Shown here in pieces: positions 61,577-64,000 of a stretch of DNA of 64,000 nucleotides. Below the pieces are notes generated by a model. It was not told where the DNA came from. It did not search any database and saw only the letters and a list, made by a program, of their open reading frames with translations. The stretch spans positions 38,378,001 through 38,442,000 of the forward strand of contig NC_058382.1 in NCBI RefSeq assembly GCF_018350175.1, read 5' to 3'. The translations under genes were made by a program, and so were the position numbers. The first letter of the stretch is position 1; every line of letters starts with the position of its first letter. The DNA comes from Felis catus. Its lineage: Eukaryota.

Positions 61577-61710
61577 ATATATATAGTGTTATATATGATT
61601 ATATATATAGCTTTATATATAAATATAGTTATATACATACATAGTTATATATAGTTATATATGTGACTATATAATTTAATATATAGTTATATGTATACAT
61701 AGTTATAGAC
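61577..61710. repeat. TA-rich degenerate repeat with recurring ATAGTTATA
   Basis: Motif recurs at least five times. Confidence 0.8.
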
Positions 61711-62538
61711 AAGTATTTCATGGAATATGCTTCAAAAACATCGATTTAATAGCAACAGGTATACTTAATGCCCTGCTTACAGTCAGTATTATATTTAGGA
61801 GATGAACACATTGAATGATGGTAATATGCTCCACTTCAACATAGGTTAAATAATAAAAACATCTAATGAATTTATGAATATGCCATGATGGATTATTAAC
61901 TTTGTAAAATCATCAAGTTATTTTTTTGTATACCCATGTTAACTGAGAGCATAAATACATGGCTACTTTATACGTTAAGTAAACCAGTCTTAGAATGCAC
62001 ACAGTTCATCCTGTGCATAAAATGCCAAACAAAGTATCATACTCGTATCTACTGGATAAGCCTTGAGCACTTCTTGGCTGGGCACTGATTATTTCAGCCT
62101 CTGTGTCGTTCCTTGTCCTAGTTTATTTAGATGTGTTGATACATTTTATTTCATTATAATCAAATTATGTTGGCCTGAGAGCCACCACTCCCTCATAGCA
62201 CATCACAATGTAGCTTTATATGACTTTGTTTAAATATGTCATGTGCATATTTTATAGTTTCATTATTTGAGAATAATCTATTGCTACAATTATTATCATT
62301 TTTTCACTTATAGGTGGCTATTTCAATTAATCTATCAGTTCTAAGGTTTGCAAGGGTATTTAAAGATACAAAGTACACTTATAAGCTAAGTAAAAAGCAA
62401 GTTAAAAAATTATACATATATGTAATTAAAGATTACAGAAGTTGAATGTGTAAATAATCAAGGGTAACATTTAAAACATTACCTAAATGCTAATAGAGCT
62501 TGTTATTTATCGATTCATTTATTTATTTGTTTAGTTGT

Positions 62539-62845
62539 TGTATTAGTCAACTTTGCTGGAGTAATGGAGGTCTTTAAAAAAATCTTACGTATTGTGTAAC
62601 AATAGATATTTATTTCATACTTTTTTTTTTATTTTGTCTGAAATGGACTTGGGCCAAAGAAGCCATCCCTGTTTTAGGTATGGCTAAGCAAAGAGTAGGT
62701 ATGGACGAATTGGAATAAACACAGAATGACTTTCAAGGTCCTGTTCACATTTCATTGGCCAAAGCATGTTCTGATGGGTGGGGCCACAGTGCCTTCCATT
62801 AGGAGATATGAAAGGCCATTGCAGGGAGAGGGAATGAATAATGCT
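62539..62845 (-). mobile_element. MLT1 (I/J-like) LTR fragment
   Basis: TGTATTAGTCAACTTTGCTG start; TCACATTTCATTGGCCAAAGCA. Confidence 0.6.
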
Positions 62846-62924
62846 CTTATCAGAATCAGGAGTGAAAAAGTGGAAGCAATACTGTAATCTACTATGTTTA
62901 CCATTATTTTCATTTTTCAATTGC

Positions 62925-63170
62925 GTTTAGCAAACATTTTTATTGTTCTTACAATATGCTTGTCACTGTTCTAAGTTTCAAATATATTAGCTTACTTAGC
63001 CTTCCTAACAGCCTTATGAGGGGAGTGCTGTTAATTATCTGTGGTTTCCAGATAAGAAAATTCTGACACAGTGAGGTTTAGTCAAGTTTCCCAAGGTTAA
63101 TAAGTTTGTAAGTGACTGAGCATCGACTCTAGCCTAGGTACCCTGACTCTAGGATCTATGCCTTTCAGGC
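62925..63170 (-). mobile_element. MIR SINE, near full length
   Basis: CACTGTTCTAAG...CTAACAGCCTTATGAGG...CAGATAAGAAAATTCTGACACAGTGAGGTT...CCCAAGGT. Confidence 0.8.
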
Positions 63171-64000
63171 TCTCCTAGACATAGGGCACTATAGCAGTAA
63201 CATGGGACTGCTCTTTTCTTCTTCATAATGTTCTCAAGTTTGAGAACTCTCCACAAAGTTTTTTATTTCTTTATTGTTCTAAAATAAATGAAACAATAGA
63301 GTCTGTGAGAACACACAACCTGTTAAGATCTCTTACTTCTTGTGAAAGGACTCAGGAGAAAGGACTTCACATTTCTGGAATCATGTGATTCAATCTTGGG
63401 CTTGCCTCACACCGTCACTCCTCCCCCCCACGACCCTGCAGTTTACAAGGTGGTTTTCCCTTTTCCCTTGTCTGGCCAGTGTGGAAAGTGACAAAGCTCT
63501 GATTCTCATTGTCCTGAACTGAGTCGTTTAACGTAACTACCTAACATCAAAACTGATAGATGGATAATTATACTGTCACAAGCCATGCACTTACAAAGAG
63601 TTAAGGTGAATGCACTAACAATGAATATGTCACCTCTTTGGCAGACACAGTGCATGCCTAAGTCAATAACGGGGGACTTCTGTGGTGTGTAACAGGTCAC
63701 ATTGTGTATTCTAATCCGTATTATTCTTGTGGCTGTTGTGGGAACAATTTGTTATTATGTATCGTCTTCTCCCTTTTTTCCCAGAAATATTACCACTTCA
63801 CTTTTATTGCCCTGATTTTTATTTCCTGGAGATGGAGTACTATGCAATCTAAATTAAAGTCATTTCTCAGTGATATGTTGCTTTATTTTCTTTATAGTAC
63901 TAATGACAAGTCAAGTATGATTATTTGCAAGTAATGTCTTGGTCAAATAAGAGTGATTTGATCCAAGTGCTTCCTACTAGAATGTTAGTATTTCAGAGAA

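Noticed and set aside
1-64000. Host gene assignment from repeat strand bias or exon chain
   Set aside because: L1 and LTR orientations are mixed, there is no CpG island, and candidate exons do not chain into a recognisable protein

Overview
Mammalian (carnivore) nuclear DNA, almost certainly a cat-family species. It carries about 22 tRNA-Lys-derived Can-SINEs, three of them a young CpG-rich felid subtype, plus feline-type L1 3' ends. The window is AT-rich, has no CpG island, and contains seven N-gaps of 129-236 nt. I recognise no protein-coding gene. Nearly all ORFs in the supplied track are SINE read-throughs, N-gap artefacts or chance ORFs; the exceptions are relics of L1 ORF2 and of an ERV-L pol (RNase H/integrase). 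The sequence is a layered fossil record of transposable elements (L3/CR1, L2, MIR, MER5/MER20, MLT1, LTR16/ERVL, MER21, old and young L1, Can-SINEs) with mixed orientation, which fits intergenic or deep-intronic DNA. Repeat-poor islands lie between them and could hold enhancers or lncRNA exons. The most unusual direct observations are: (1) a Can-SINE whose target-site duplication encloses about 100 nt of extra 3' sequence, suggesting Pol III read-through transduction; (2) an 89-bp apparent gene-conversion tract between two tandem SINEs; (3) a young L1 with a short second polyadenylated tail; (4) a motif-dense candidate enhancer near 53.8-54.1 kb. I see no new multi-gene biological system. Repeat subfamily names come from recalled consensus motifs, and boundaries of old elements are approximate.
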